Source: Octopus sinensis
Taxonomy: Eukaryota
Direction: 5' to 3'
DNA: 62,856 bases
Assembly (NCBI RefSeq): GCF_006345805.1
Contig: NW_021832571.1
Span: 1-62,856 of the forward strand
Part shown: one piece after another, positions 12,399 through 25,200 of the stretch
Numbering within the stretch: position 1 is the stretch's first letter
How the letters are laid out: each line of letters opens with the position of its first letter
The notes under the pieces: model-generated
Told to the model about the DNA's origin: nothing
The model's database searches: none
Seen by the model: only the letters and a program-made list of their open reading frames with translations
Translations under genes and position numbers: made by a program

Positions 12399-12979
12399 AC
12401 AGCATTTGATGGCTTAAAAGACTCCCAGGCATATTTGATGGCTTAAAAGACTCCCAGGCATATTTGATGGCTTAAAAGACTCACAGGCATATTTGATGGC
12501 TTAAAAGACTCCCAGGCATATTTGATGGCTTAAAAGACTCACAGGCATATTTGATGGCTTAAAAGACTCACAGGCATATTTGATGCACTCCAATTTCACT
12601 GGCACATATTCAAGATAAAAAAAAGGTCTCACTGCATGAAAGCTTGTAATAGTGAAAACAGCTTCACATGTAGGACCCCAAAGGATTTTTTTTTCTAAAA
12701 AAAAACACAGTGCATCTTATATGCCATCAAACTCAATAGATATATGTTTGTATACATATATGTGTATGTATACATATGTATAAATATGTGTGTATATACA
12801 TACATACACCATATTTGATGGCATAAAAGACATGCTGTCAATTTAAATGCATCCCAATTTCAACAACACATATTCAGGAGAAAAAGTTTGTAGCGCATTA
12901 AAATGCATAATTTAGGACCCAGGGTGGGACGGAGGGGGGATGCCAAGAAAAATTGCACCTTATATATCATCAAATACAG
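12399..12979. mobile_element. Two adjacent Tc1/mariner(pogo)-like MITE copies (about 12399-12735 and 12809-12979)
   Basis: TIR-like ends ..TATTTGATGGCATAAAAGA / ..CTTATAT(GC/AT)CATCAAA..; shared internal CCAATTTCA...CACATATTCA...TAGGACCC; TA after the second copy. Confidence 0.6.
12403..12585. repeat. 29-bp minisatellite (~6 copies) CATATTTGATGGCTTAAAAGACTC(C/A)CAGG
   Basis: Directly visible tandem array; the unit contains the MITE left TIR. Confidence 0.93.
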
Positions 12980-13589
12980 TAGTCTTAAATCTGTAATATG
13001 AGCAGGTACCTATCAACACTTGAGGTAGTAGGGGGGGTGCTGAATATTTAATTAGTTATGCTGAGTTTAGATCCGCTGATGTGTATGGCTGTCCCTGTTT
13101 CATTTTCCCTAAATACACGAAGACAGTCTTTAAGTGGTGTTAGTGTGACGTAGTAGGTTGCAGCATGTTCTTGTGTTTTATGTGTATATAACACAATGTG
13201 GATGTCTTCAGAAAAGGAACTGGTCATTCTCCTATCCATGGTACTGGATGAACCAACAGCCCAGCCACAATAAAGTACAGGTGAGGGCGACAGTCTCAAA
13301 CTCCTTCATACACCAAATGGGCCAATAACCTAGCAGATATGAAATCTCACCACCCTGAAGAAATCAGCCTAAGAATGATATGTAAAAGTAGGCAATCATA
13401 GCTGTGCTCCAGCAAGACTACAGCTGCATGGCTGAAACAAATAAAAAAAGAAAGATTGCCATTGGTTTCATGTCAAGAATTCTCAACAAGTATCCTTGTT
13501 AAACCATAAATAAAGAACATTTATCCACCAATGCAGTGTTGAACACTTGTTCTCACTGTTCAATGTTAGCATATATATATTCTTTTCTT

Positions 13590-14252
13590 TCTTTCAGTCA
13601 TTTGACTGTGGCCATGCTGGAGCACCGCCTTTAGTGGAACAAATTGACCCCAGGACTTATTCTTTGTAAGCCTAGTACTTATTCTGTCCGTCTCTTTTGC
13701 CGAACCTCTAAGTATATATATAGATATATATATATGTATATATATAACACAAAGTAACTTAGGGGTTATGGGTGCAACCCTCTAAGGGATAGTATTTATC
13801 CAATATACTGTTGGTAAAGTACCCAGATTCTTAATACGTAAATGATTTTAATTACAATGCAATTAACTTATTTATTGTATTAAACAGGTGAAGGTAAAGA
13901 AATATTTTACCGTTAATTTATAATACAAATAAGGAAATGGAGAAACAAATTTGGTTTTTTCATCAACTTTCGGATATTAGAATGTTGGATTATTTATTCA
14001 TTTTGTTAAATGAATTTGTTTCTCCATTTCCTTATTCGTATTAAATGTAAAAATCACCGTCTGAACATGGCAGATATATAGATATATACAACAGGCCTCT
14101 TTCAGTTTATGTCTACCAAATCCACTCACAAGAATTCGGTTGGCCTGAGGCTATAGTAGAAGACACTTGCCCAAGGTGCCATGCAGTGGGACTGAACCCA
14201 GAACCATGTGGTTGGTAAGCAAGCCACTTACCACACAGCCACTCCTGTGCCT
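13590..14252 (-). mobile_element. tRNA-derived SINE with LINE-like tail, interrupted by an AT-rich insert (about 13745-14073)
   Basis: Head 14090-14252, tail 13590-13712 (GCGGTGCTCCAGCATGGCCACAGTCAAATGACTGAAA on the minus strand); same family as 35310-35640 and 36155-36540. Confidence 0.75.
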
Positions 14253-15349
14253 ATAAATTTTAAATATAGGGTAGAAATTAAATATTCATTTCTTACCATT
14301 GACCAGCATGAGTAAAAATGATGAACCATAGATGGTTTAATGCATTGGTTGATTAACTAACTAATTAGTGTATTTAATTGTTGGCGAAACTTCAAAGTAC
14401 GGGAATGTCTAATCATTTTTGAATTCTCTGAAATTGTCTTGCTCGCCTACATTCAACGTGCCAAAATAAGAATAGCTTTTTCTTGGCTTGGGATTTAACT
14501 CCCATTTCTAGCATGATAGAAAACCACTTAGTGGCTTTCCCTCAGTGTATAATTCTTATACACACATATAATATATATATAAATATATTTAACCATGAAA
14601 TATTAGTCTTCTATTGGCTTACACACCTCATCATGAAAGGTGGGCTGAATTAGGCGATTAGTGGGGTGAGGAGGACCCAGTCTGCTCACAACTAAATATT
14701 CAATCTTCTACCCCAGCACCAACAAACTATAACCATATTATTATTTATTTTTGTTTATTTCATGGAAGATTAATTCTTATAATGAAGTGGTATTGAATTA
14801 CTTTGGGAGATCATTGGTTCTTATCAACCCCTTGTGGAATAAAAAAACAACTCAGCTGTAGCAGGATTTGAACTTGGAACAGTAACATACTAAACTCATT
14901 ACAATATAGCAAATTGCCAGGTAGGCAATTTGTGTCTCAGCTATCTCAATTACCCTTGCAACAAACTTCTGTAGAGGTTGTTTGATCTAGAAATGGCAGC
15001 CAAACCTCACTCAAATTGCACTACCATGTTGAATAAAGCAATCCTAGATGAACTAGAAAAAAGACCAGGTGGTCATAGCTAGAATGCCGTTTAGCATAGG
15101 TCTACTCAGTCAGGAGTGACTTGGGGTTAAATAACATATTAATGAAATAAAATAAAAAGAGTGAAAGGAACTAGCAAAAATAAAAAAATTTTTTAAATCT
15201 ATCAGCTAAGATTAAGCTAAATTTGGAGTGTTTCCAAAGAATTAAGATCTTTTATGCTGTAGATAAAATGTATGGTGTTACTCTCAGCAGCTCTCGTTTT
15301 TGTGTGTACAGACTTCCTGTAAGACTTAAAGTTCAAGTTATTAAATATT

Positions 15350-15550
15350 TGTAAGATTGGTTTCAAATTTTGACACAAGGGCAACAAATCTGGGGCTGGG
15401 GGTAAGCAAATTACATTGACCCCAGTACGCAACTGGTACTCATTTTATTGACCCCAAAAAGATGAAAGGTAGTTGACTTTGGTGGAATTTGAACTCCAAA
15501 TATAAAGACAGAGAAAAATGCCAGTAATCATTCTGCCTGCTCACTGCCTT
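15350..15550 (-). mobile_element. Octopus-type tRNA-derived SINE (Meta-domain-like core)
   Basis: Reverse complement matches 19277-19490 (CCTTTCATC...GGGGTCAATAAAATGAGTACCAG). Confidence 0.7.
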
Positions 15551-15579
15551 AACTATTGGTACCATTAAGATTTTATTCA

Positions 15580-16235
15580 AGGTAGCAAAACTGGCAGATC
15601 CGTTGGCATGCCAGGCAAAATGCTTAGTGCCATTTCATCTGTCTTTATATTTAGATTATTTACATTATTTACATTTAACGGATATTTGTCCTCATCTTGT
15701 TTGTTGTTAACACGTTTCAGCTGATATACCCTCCAGCCTTCATCAGGTGTCTTGGGGGAAATTTCGAACCTGGGTTCTCATTCCTAAGGTATTTTTCAAT
15801 GTTATTATTATTATTATTCAGGTCACTGCCTGGAATCAAACTCACGGGCATATGGCGTAGTGGTTAAGAGCGCAGACTACTAACCCCAAGATTCTGAGTT
15901 CGATTCTAGGCAGTGATCTGAATAATAATAATAACATCGTAAAATACCTTAGGAATGAGAACCCATGTTCGAAATTTTCCCAAGACACCTGATGAAGGCT
16001 GAAGAGTATATCTGCCAAAACGTTGTGTAAACAACAAACAAGATGAGGACAAATATCTGTTAAATGTAAATAATGTACATAATACCTCATCTCTCAAATA
16101 TAGAAGTGTTTTGTTGACTTTGCTTTTCATCCTTTCAGGGTCAATTAAATAAGTACCAGTTGCGCACTGGTGTTGATGTAATCATCTTAGCTCCTTCCCC
16201 AAAATTGCTGGCCTTGTGCCAAAACCTGAAACCAA
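15580..16235 (+). mobile_element. Meta-domain-like SINE split by the insertion at 15661-16105
   Basis: 5' half CTGGCAGA...AAATGCTTAG...GTCTTTA ends near 15652; 3' half resumes GTTGACTTTGCTTTTCATCCTTTCAGGGTC at about 16113. Confidence 0.75.
15661..16105 (+). mobile_element. tRNA-headed, hammerhead-containing short retroelement with upstream inverted partial copy (copy 1)
   Basis: Inverted arm 15661-15844; tRNA-like head from 15846 (A box TGGCGTAGTGG 15853-15863, B box GAGTTCGATTC 15896-15906); hammerhead-like motifs at 15709-15753 (-) and 15982-16028 (+); ~28-nt tail 16078-16105 absent from the inverted arm. Confidence 0.85.
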
Positions 16236-16907
16236 TGTTAAGATTTGATGGAAACCAAAATTTATGAAGTTGTTTAACCTAACTAAACAATCTGTGAGCT
16301 TTTCTATTGAAATGGTTCTGATTTGATACTTCTCTCACGAAGTTATTCAAAACACCTCTCTCCTTCAGGCTTTTTTTTTTTTTTAAATCTTTCCCTAATA
16401 TCCAAATGGGCTGTTGTTGCTACTATAAAAAAAGAAAAGAAAAAAAAAAGAGAGAAAAAGATGTGGAGTATCTTCTTTGCTCTATTCTGAATATTTTATT
16501 TAATTCCTTATATTGTAAGAATTCCATTCCTTCTTCGGATCACATTATGCCCTAATGTGATTTTATCATTGAGTTGGAACTTTTTCTTTAGCTTCTTTTG
16601 TGGGTTGGGGATGGGTTATCATAACATCACTCTCATCATCATCATTATTTATTTATTTATTTATATTTAAATTATAAATATGGCAGGTGTTGTATAGTTT
16701 GTGGTAATAAATTCTCAAATTACCCAGTTTTGATGAAAACAAGTTGGAGACTTGTATTGCTAATGTATGGACTTCGCAAGCTTCCACATTCCACCTCTTC
16801 TATAAACCTGAGGCTTGATTCCAATGTAGGAATATTATTATTATTGTCAATGTAATCAGTTCCCCACTCCCCTCCAAAAACTGCTCCCCCCATACCAAAA
16901 TTTGAAA

Positions 16908-16938
<31 letters not shown>

Positions 16939-16939
16939 G

Positions 16940-17161
16940 AAGGCAATGAGCTGGAGCATCATTAACATGCTGGACAAAATGCTTAGTGGCATTTCTTTCC
17001 GCACCAATATGTCCTGAGTTTAGAGTCCACTGAGGTCAGCCTTACCCTCCATCCCCCTGAGTTCAATAAGATAAATACCAATTGAACACTGGGGTTGATG
17101 TACTCAACTTATCCCCTCCCCTCAAAATTTCTGGCCTTGTGCCTATTGTAGAAAGAATGGC

Positions 17162-17192
<31 letters not shown>

Positions 17193-20105
17193 GACTGCTT
17201 AGGCAAAGGAGTTGGTGCAAACAGTAAAACCAATGTAAATGTAAAGGTTTAACCAGTCATTGCTGCATTCAAGACACTTTTGCACTGATGCATTTGTTCC
17301 TCCTTTAAGTAACTCTGTATCACCACCACCACCACCACCACCACAGTCAATTCAGTCCGCCCTCTCACCCCCACCCATACATGTACAGACACACATTACC
17401 AATCCATTACAGAAAAAGATCCTCTTTTTATTCCTAGCAAAAAGAAATCCTAGTTATTGTGAGAATTAGGAGCAGAACAGGTTGTGCCTGTGTGACCTTA
17501 AAAAAAAATTTCAGTTTTAGGTCACTTAAGGCTTTTCATCCAAAAATAAAAACAAAAAATGATTAGTTAATTTCAGTCATATTAATATTTAGAATGCTTA
17601 GGTGCACCATGTGACTACACGAGTTTTCTCTGTGGTTGTAGGCACGTTGTGTTGCATTGAGAGGGAAGAAAACTCATATGGCAACATGATGTGCTGACTA
17701 CCATGCTGAAGATTGTAATAAATATTCTAGTACAAGAGATAAGACATATTTTTTACCACTTTGGTCAGGAGACAAGACAATACTTGTGACCCTTCACAAG
17801 TTATTGAATACTGATAGGTGAGAATTAAGAATCCCTCAAACCAGAAACCTGATCCAAATTCTTACAAAAGATTCAACTTTGCTGGAGGTAACCAAAGGCC
17901 AGGTGGTAATTATTGCTCCAGGCCACAGGTTTAATCCACCACCCAATTTTATATCACTGACCTTGGCCTTCTTTGGATATCTTCAGCAGAATTTCATCTG
18001 TTGCTAGCATTTTGGGGCCAGTTTGCATACTGGAGGTAATAACTTCCACCCAGTAGTTGCAGAAGTCATGGACATAACCTTTTCATTGTCTGATTAAATC
18101 ATGAATAGAAAATTAATTTTTGAAGATTTAAATCATAAGAATTTAGAAACTCCCAGAGACATGAAATAATTTGTTTTTAGTGGTGGAACTTGAAGTAGAT
18201 AAAGCTATAAATAATAATGTGTAAATATTGGGTTTAAAAAATCCTGTTCATAGAAAAAGTTGAAGTCTGCTTTCAAGAGTGAAACCCATGTCTTTTGTAA
18301 ATATGACCGTCATTCTACCAGTGTAACCATGGGACTTGCTGGCCAGAACAATGCTTCTAAAATGGACAAAGAAGTTCAGAGGATTGCTTTAGTCCAATGG
18401 TAAAACATCATGTTTGCAGAAAATGTAGGTTCAAGTCCCACTGGCAACTTTTGACTTTTCCCATCCAAAAGGGTTTTTTAACCTAATATTAACATGCTAT
18501 ATTATTTATAGCTCTATCTACTTCAAGTTCCACTGTTAAAAACAAAGTCATACTTTTGTTTCTCGTTTTCAATATAAAATTTTTACTTACACCATATATT
18601 TTTATCCTTGGATAAAGTGTAAACATGGGGGTATTCCTGTTCCCTTCCTTTAAAATGTTTTTTTTTTGTCCCCACATCTAAAGAATTTAATAGAAGAGCA
18701 TTGTAGTCCAGCAGTTGAATAATAAATGAAATGAGGACTAAGGAGAGCTTCTAACAATGCAGAAAGTTTACTAAGGTCGATAGTATCGACCCCTTCCCCC
18801 ATTACATTTCAGGCCTTGTTCCTTTGTGAGAAACAGTTGTTATTAAAAGGTAACAGGCAAGAAAATCAGTAACACATCAGACAAAATGTCTTTGAGTATT
18901 TCGTTACTTCTCTTTAAAATCTGTGTTCAATTCCCTCTAGGGTTTAACTAGCTTTTCATCCTTCTGGGGTTAATACACTGATATACCAGTTAATTGCTGG
19001 CATCAATTTATTTAACCCCCCCCCCCAGCATCTCCTGAATATATGGCTTTGTGCCAAAGTTGGGAATCATTACTGTTAAAGACTGGAAAGTGCTGTGCTG
19101 TGGTGGCCACTTCTTGGTAAATTGTGTTTGCAGGTTCAATTCCACCTCTTTCATTAACATTGTTTTTTTTTTGTTTTCTTTTTATATATATTTGTTAATG
19201 ATTTCATAAAAGATACAAATGAGTGTTTCTGCTTATGGTTTCAATATTTCATTATAAATAAGACATGGGGGGGGGGAGCTGGCAGAAACGTTAACACACC
19301 AGGTGAAATGCTTAGCAGTATTTCGTCTGTCTTTACGTTCTGAGTTTAAATTCTGCTGAGGTTGACTTTGCCTTTCATCCTTTCGGGGTCGTTAAATTAA
19401 GTACCAGTTGTGTACTGGGGTCGATCTTATCGACTGGGCCCCCTCCCTCCAAATTTTGGGCCTTGTGCCTAGAGTAGAAACGAATATTTCTTTATAAATA
19501 ACAAAATAGATTTTACTACCATTTATCGGTTAACCACTGAAGAGCGGAAAAGTTATGAATAAATTAATAGAACATCCATCATCCAATTGGATCTCTATGA
19601 ACTCATTTGCATTAATTATCTAATTAAGGTGACAAGCCCAAAATTTCAAGCCTTGTACCTATAGTAGAAAAACATTATTAAGGTGGTGAGCTGGCAGAAT
19701 TTTTTACGCATTGACCAAAATGCTTAGCAACATTTCTTTGCACTCTTTATGTTCCTAGTTAAAAATCTGCCATGGTCAACTTGACCATTTACCATTTCTG
19801 AGCCAATAAAATGAGTGCTAGTCAAATACTGGAGTTGTTGCAACCAGCAACACCACCTACCCCCTCTCCCACCCTGAAATAACTGGCCTTCAGCCAAAAT
19901 TTTTATTTTGGCAAAAATTATTAATTCTCTATTTTGTGCTATTTGTTCCAGCTCTTTATGTTGTGAGTTCAAACCCCACTGAGGTCAACTTTTGTCTTTC
20001 ATCCCTCTGAGTCAGCAAAATAAAGTAAGACAACTATTAGGCTCAATGGAATCAACTAGCTCCTACCTCCCACAAATTTCAGGCTTTGTGTTTATATTAG
20101 AAACC
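16940..20105 (+). mobile_element. Cluster of Meta-domain-like tRNA SINE copies (about 16940-17155, 18775-19070, 19277-19490, 19680-19890, 19940-20105)
   Basis: Best copy 19277-19490: GAGCTGGCAGAAACGTT...GAGTTTAAATTC...GCCTTTCATCCTTTCGGGGTCG...AAGTACCAG...GGCCTTGTGCC; others are diverged versions. Confidence 0.75.
18170..18546. repeat. Foldback element made of two divergently oriented arms with tRNA-like heads
   Basis: 18170-18265 is the reverse complement of about 18445-18546; A/B-box-like motifs at 18390-18440 (+) and about 18275-18332 (-). Confidence 0.6.
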
Positions 20106-21944
20106 CATTAATGCCCAAATTTATTATTAACCCATTAATGTCCAATTTAAAAAAAAAAATTCATTATTAAAAAACTAAACTGAAATTTGAGACCCCAGTT
20201 GCCAATATTCAACAAAATGTAGATGAAATATTTAAATGACTCTTCAATCTTTATAACTAATTAAATATATCTTTGTAAAATACAGTTTTTGGTGAAATAT
20301 TATAATTATTCTTATTGTCCCAAACCAAAGGAACCTGGGGTACATAGGGGTTAATTCTTTAATTTAAAATATGACTATTACATCTACCCAAAAATATTGC
20401 TTTAATGTAAAAAGAAAAAAAGTAAATACTAGTAATATACTGGTGTGTGTGTGTGGGGGGGTTGATTCAATCAATTCTACCACACCTTTTATTAGAACCT
20501 TGTTCCTAAGCCAAAGAAATTATCATTATTATCTTAATAACTGACAATAATCTCACCACATTATTTATTTATGTAGAAAGCATTTGACAATGTTGAAAGC
20601 AGATTGCACGTGTTGTTAACTCTTGCCATTGTTAACCTCAGCGAATGTTTTTGTGGGCAGCAAGTGCTGTGACTGACTTTGTTGTATGTTCAATCATTTG
20701 GGAGAGATTCCCTATTTATATTTTTCTTTGTTTTATTGATGTCAACCTATTTATTGGAATTTTTTATTAGAAACTGCAACAATCATTTTGAATTGAAAGA
20801 ATTTAGCTTCTCCTCACACAAAATGTATGTCAGGCCGATATCTCGACTGCTTTTATTATTCCATTTGTATCACTGTGCAAGGAAATGAAAACATTTTTTT
20901 TTTGTATTTTCAAAGAAAACCACAAAAAAATAAGTTACACCCTTATTTTCCCTCATAAAAAAAAGAAATAAAACATTGTGGGGGGAGGAGGAAAAAAGCA
21001 AAGCTAAGTTATTGTGGAATGGAGCCAATATAGAAATTTCTCTTTTTTTATATATATTATTTATTTATTTTGGTGACCAAAACATGGTAAATTGATATTA
21101 ATTATTATATTGCTGAGATATAAGACAAGATGTTTTGTGGGGGAGGGGCATAGTTTAATTAATGTGTGGTGATGAGTATTATCATCATCATTTTTCTTTT
21201 CTTTCTGTTAATGCATTAATTTTTCCATGTTTGATATGGTTGAAATGATTTTAATGGCACAATTTGTTTTTACACCTGGATACTCTTCATACTGCTGACG
21301 ACTCATCTAAGACGTGCTGATACCTTGTAGCCAAGTGTAATTCTACATTCTACCTGGGTGTCACTACACAGTTGCTGTAGTAAGGTTTAAACTTGTGACC
21401 TTGTACTAAGAAGTCCAGCACAATAATCTCATATTTCTTGTGCTTTTTTTCCTTTTAATTATGAACATAATGTAAAGTAAATAATTATCAGGTATACAGG
21501 TGTATGTAATATTGGATTTGCAGGTGCATGTAATATAATGCTAGGCAATGAGATTGGGAAACGGTGTACAATTTCTTGCCCAAATACTTTTTTTTACTGT
21601 AGCATATACAATACATTTACTTTTTTTTTTTTCATTATATATAAAAAGCAAAAGTAACCTCATTAAATATGCTGGCAAATATAGCATCAGTTACATGTGT
21701 ATACTTTAGAATTCTGGTTTCATTCTCACATTTGTTGTTGATTGTTAGGTTTTTCACTATTGCCACAATCTGCACAAGATGTCACTTCCGTGTTTTGTCT
21801 TGTCAGTTTTCCTCTTGCCAAAGATTTACTGTCCATGATATTTCACATATCTCATCTGGATTAAATGTTTTATTTAATTTAACCCCCTTCAACAAATCTA
21901 CTCTTTTTAAAAAAAAAACATAATTATAAAATCAATGTCAAATC

Positions 21945-22216
21945 CAAGCCTGCACAGCTTAGAAAATGGCAGTGGTCACATGACTACAGGCTGCAGTTAA
22001 CTTTTTCAAGTAAAGTAAATAAGATTTTGAAATATTTGTATTTTTAATTATGAATCGTAAATAAAGGATAAAGAAATGATTTGGGGGTTTTCATTCTGCT
22101 CCCATACATATAGAAAGTTTTATTCCTTTCCCTGTCATTTTAACAGACTCTCTCTTAATTTTATCCTAAACGAACATTTTAAAATTTGTCACGGGTGACA
22201 TGTTGTGCAGGCTTGG
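21945..22216. mobile_element. MITE, hAT-like termini
   Basis: TIR CCAAGCCTGCACA / TGTGCAGGCTTGG. Confidence 0.55.
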
Positions 22217-25200
22217 TTCAAACTATTTAAGCAGGTATTTTATATTGAAATGGAAAAAAAAAAAGAATTGAAAAAATTTGGAAATGGAAAAAAAAAGTTT
22301 AAAAAATCTAAAGTGAAGATTTATTGTAAAGTTTAAACAAAAAATATTTGATATATATTGCGTATGTTTGATGAATTAGCAAATTATGCTGAGACCCATA
22401 TTTAAAAAAAAAAAGACAAACAAGCTATTACTGTCTGATCTCAGATGCTGTAGCAAGTGTTATGTGATGATAAATATTCAGAGTCTGGTGTTTGATCTTG
22501 TATAGTAGCTGTCAGATGATAAAAAGCACTGTTTAGATACTCTGTAGTCTTACACGTGATGGAACAATGTTTAGTTCTGTGGTGATCCACAGCAAGGCCC
22601 ACCTGACGTTACACTGTTTATTATATTATGTGTTATTTAATGTTCCGTAGCAGGTCTTATTTAATAATAATCATAATAATAATAATAATATTCTGTTTAA
22701 CTGTAAGGGGTTTTTGTTATTACTTGGGACAAAATAATTTAATATCCCTGGTCCAAGTAGAAGATATGTGATGTATCTGGTACCATTGATCTATCTAATA
22801 CACATATAGAATAACTGCTGTTAGTGATTTTTATAGCAGGGAAAGTGTAGACAATATGAAACCTGCTGAGGATTTAATAAATTTGCATAATATCTAAAAC
22901 CTCTTTAGGAAATATTGGGTTGTCAGACAAATTTGATTGTTGTTTTTTTGTACAAGTCGTATATCTGAAAAGAGGTAAAATTTATTCAGATTTCAAAAAT
23001 GATAAACAAAAATTGTAGAGGAAGAATAGGGCTGAAAAGAAAAAAAACTAAAGCACTACGATAAAGATAATTCAAATAACATTGGAAAGGATTTTTTAAA
23101 AACTGGTCAGGTAATGGGGACAACAAATTTATCTGTTAATCTAATATTTAGTGCCACTGACTTTTTTAGAAAAAAACACTTGAGATATTTGGTACCAGTA
23201 ACATTTACAGGAAATATGTCCATTACCTAGTGTTACTATATTCGAAACAGGTAAAATATCTGACATCACTAAGCTGTGGAGTAAATATGTGAAATTTCTG
23301 TGACCAGTGGCCTCGAGTGACTGTGTTTAGTATTTAATGCCATTAATGTTTGTAGTAAATTATTTGTGATATATTTAACATCACATTGCTGGTTTGCTTG
23401 TTGAAAATTAGAATTACAATAAAAAAAAAGATAAAGAAGTGCTTATTTGTGTGTTCTGCGAGATGAAGCTGAAGCTAATGTTTTATGCAGAATCCTTCAT
23501 CATAGACGAAAGGACTCTACTTTCGCCATATTGTTGTTGTTTGAATTTTAGTAAAACGTTTTGTTATAGCACTATCATTGTAGCATCCTCAAACAAAACA
23601 GGCACTAATGAACTATAATCACTAAGTAGTCTTCTAAATGTAGTTCCAACATTTGGTAGCTAGACGCTACCTGTTTTTTAACCTTCCATAGTCCAGTTTG
23701 ATAGACAGCACTTAAACTTTAGTTATAGTTGCAGCCCTGTGGTGGTAATGGTGGTGGTGACAAGGTAGTCTGTATAACTTACAATTTTATGGCTAGTCCT
23801 CTGATTAAAATCTATGGTTGTTTTATTTCCCTGGCATGTGTGATAAAAACAAATAAAGAAGACAAAAGACAAAATAATACGTAGCCAGTGTGTGATAATT
23901 CTAAATTCACTGGTTCTATTTCATAAAGTTGATTGCCGGACTGACAACTCACTGCTAACATGTCCCGTTTTTAATTTCATCATCAATGTTCACTCAGTTC
24001 TCTGCAATCTTTTTCATTACTCACTATTTCCCAACATCAGTCTTTTTTTTTTTTTACTTTAAAAAAACAAACCACTAGTCAAATAAAAACTGACTATCAT
24101 TTCTGTAAATGCATCTAAATTATACATTAAATATACATTGTAAAATGCTTGTCAAGAAATACTTTTTAAAGATATTAAAAAAACATGTCACTGATTTTTA
24201 TTAATGAAAAGATTTTCTTTATAGTTTTTAAACAAGCAGAGCTTTTGGGGCATTGAAAGAATATTTCGTTTTATGGATTTTTTACATCAATTTAATTTTT
24301 TTTTTATCTAGACACAATGTAGTGTAGTATATGTATGTGTTACAGAAATTATAAGTATCTGTGAGGCTGATCAATTGTTTAAGAAATTTTTTTTCCAAAA
24401 GCTTGATAGCCACTTGTTAATTATTTAATGGTTGATTAACTGCTGTTTTAATTAACATCCTCTCTTTTACGGTAACCTTATTTCAATTTGTTGTTTTAGT
24501 CGAGAATCTATGTTATTGGATCCTAACTGTATTGTTGTATATTCATTGGTTGTTTCTATCATATGGTTGTGTTTTTTTTGGGTCTCATGTCTGACTATAA
24601 CAGTTGGAGAACTATTGTATAACCTTAATACATGTATCCCATATCCCTCTACTTTTTTTGTCTTTATTTGTATTAGGATGGCTTTTGTTATTTTGTAGAA
24701 GTGTATGACAATATTCTAAAGGATCTGCCTATCAAATTCCCATTATTTGCATTCATAAAATCTACATATTCTGCTCTATTCACATTGCATCAACCCATAT
24801 ATTGACAGCAGTCTGCTTATATTCACACAAGTTTTTATTAATGTGCAAATCATTGTGATGTTTACAACTGTCATGTGGGCATAGAACTTTCTGTACAAAT
24901 ATATATTGGTTTATTGTTCTAAAATTTTGTTGATAGTGTTCTTAATGTTATTGTGTTTTTTAGCGTTTTTTTTGCTAAAGGGGGAGGCAGTTACACATCT
25001 TTTGTTTGTAAACTAACTAATATTATAGTAACTTTTACACTTTTCACAAACACATGCACTCACACACACACACACAAAGCAATATTTAACTCTCTTACAA
25101 ACACTTTTAATATATACACACTCTGATGTCTGAAATTGTTTTGAAATCTGTGCATGTATATATTTTTTGACTTTTGGTTTTATTATTCCAGCCAAGATTT

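Noticed and set aside
13021-13045. let-7-like start TGAGGTAGTAGG
   Set aside because: Diverges to a G-run after 12 nt and no complementary star arm is visible.
13212-13280. Possible 69-nt phase-0 cassette exon (CAG|...|GTGAGG)
   Set aside because: Weak pyrimidine tract and a Trp/Pro-rich peptide unlike the coiled-coil host; needs RNA-seq.
15846-15918. Functional tRNA gene (also 28662 and 39250)
   Set aside because: Anticodon and acceptor stems pair poorly and there is no oligo-T terminator; these are heads of dispersed repeats.
18305-18332. Minus-strand similarity to miR-183/263 (CACTGGTAGAAT)
   Set aside because: The seed does not match and the segment is explained as a tRNA-like A-box region of a repeat.
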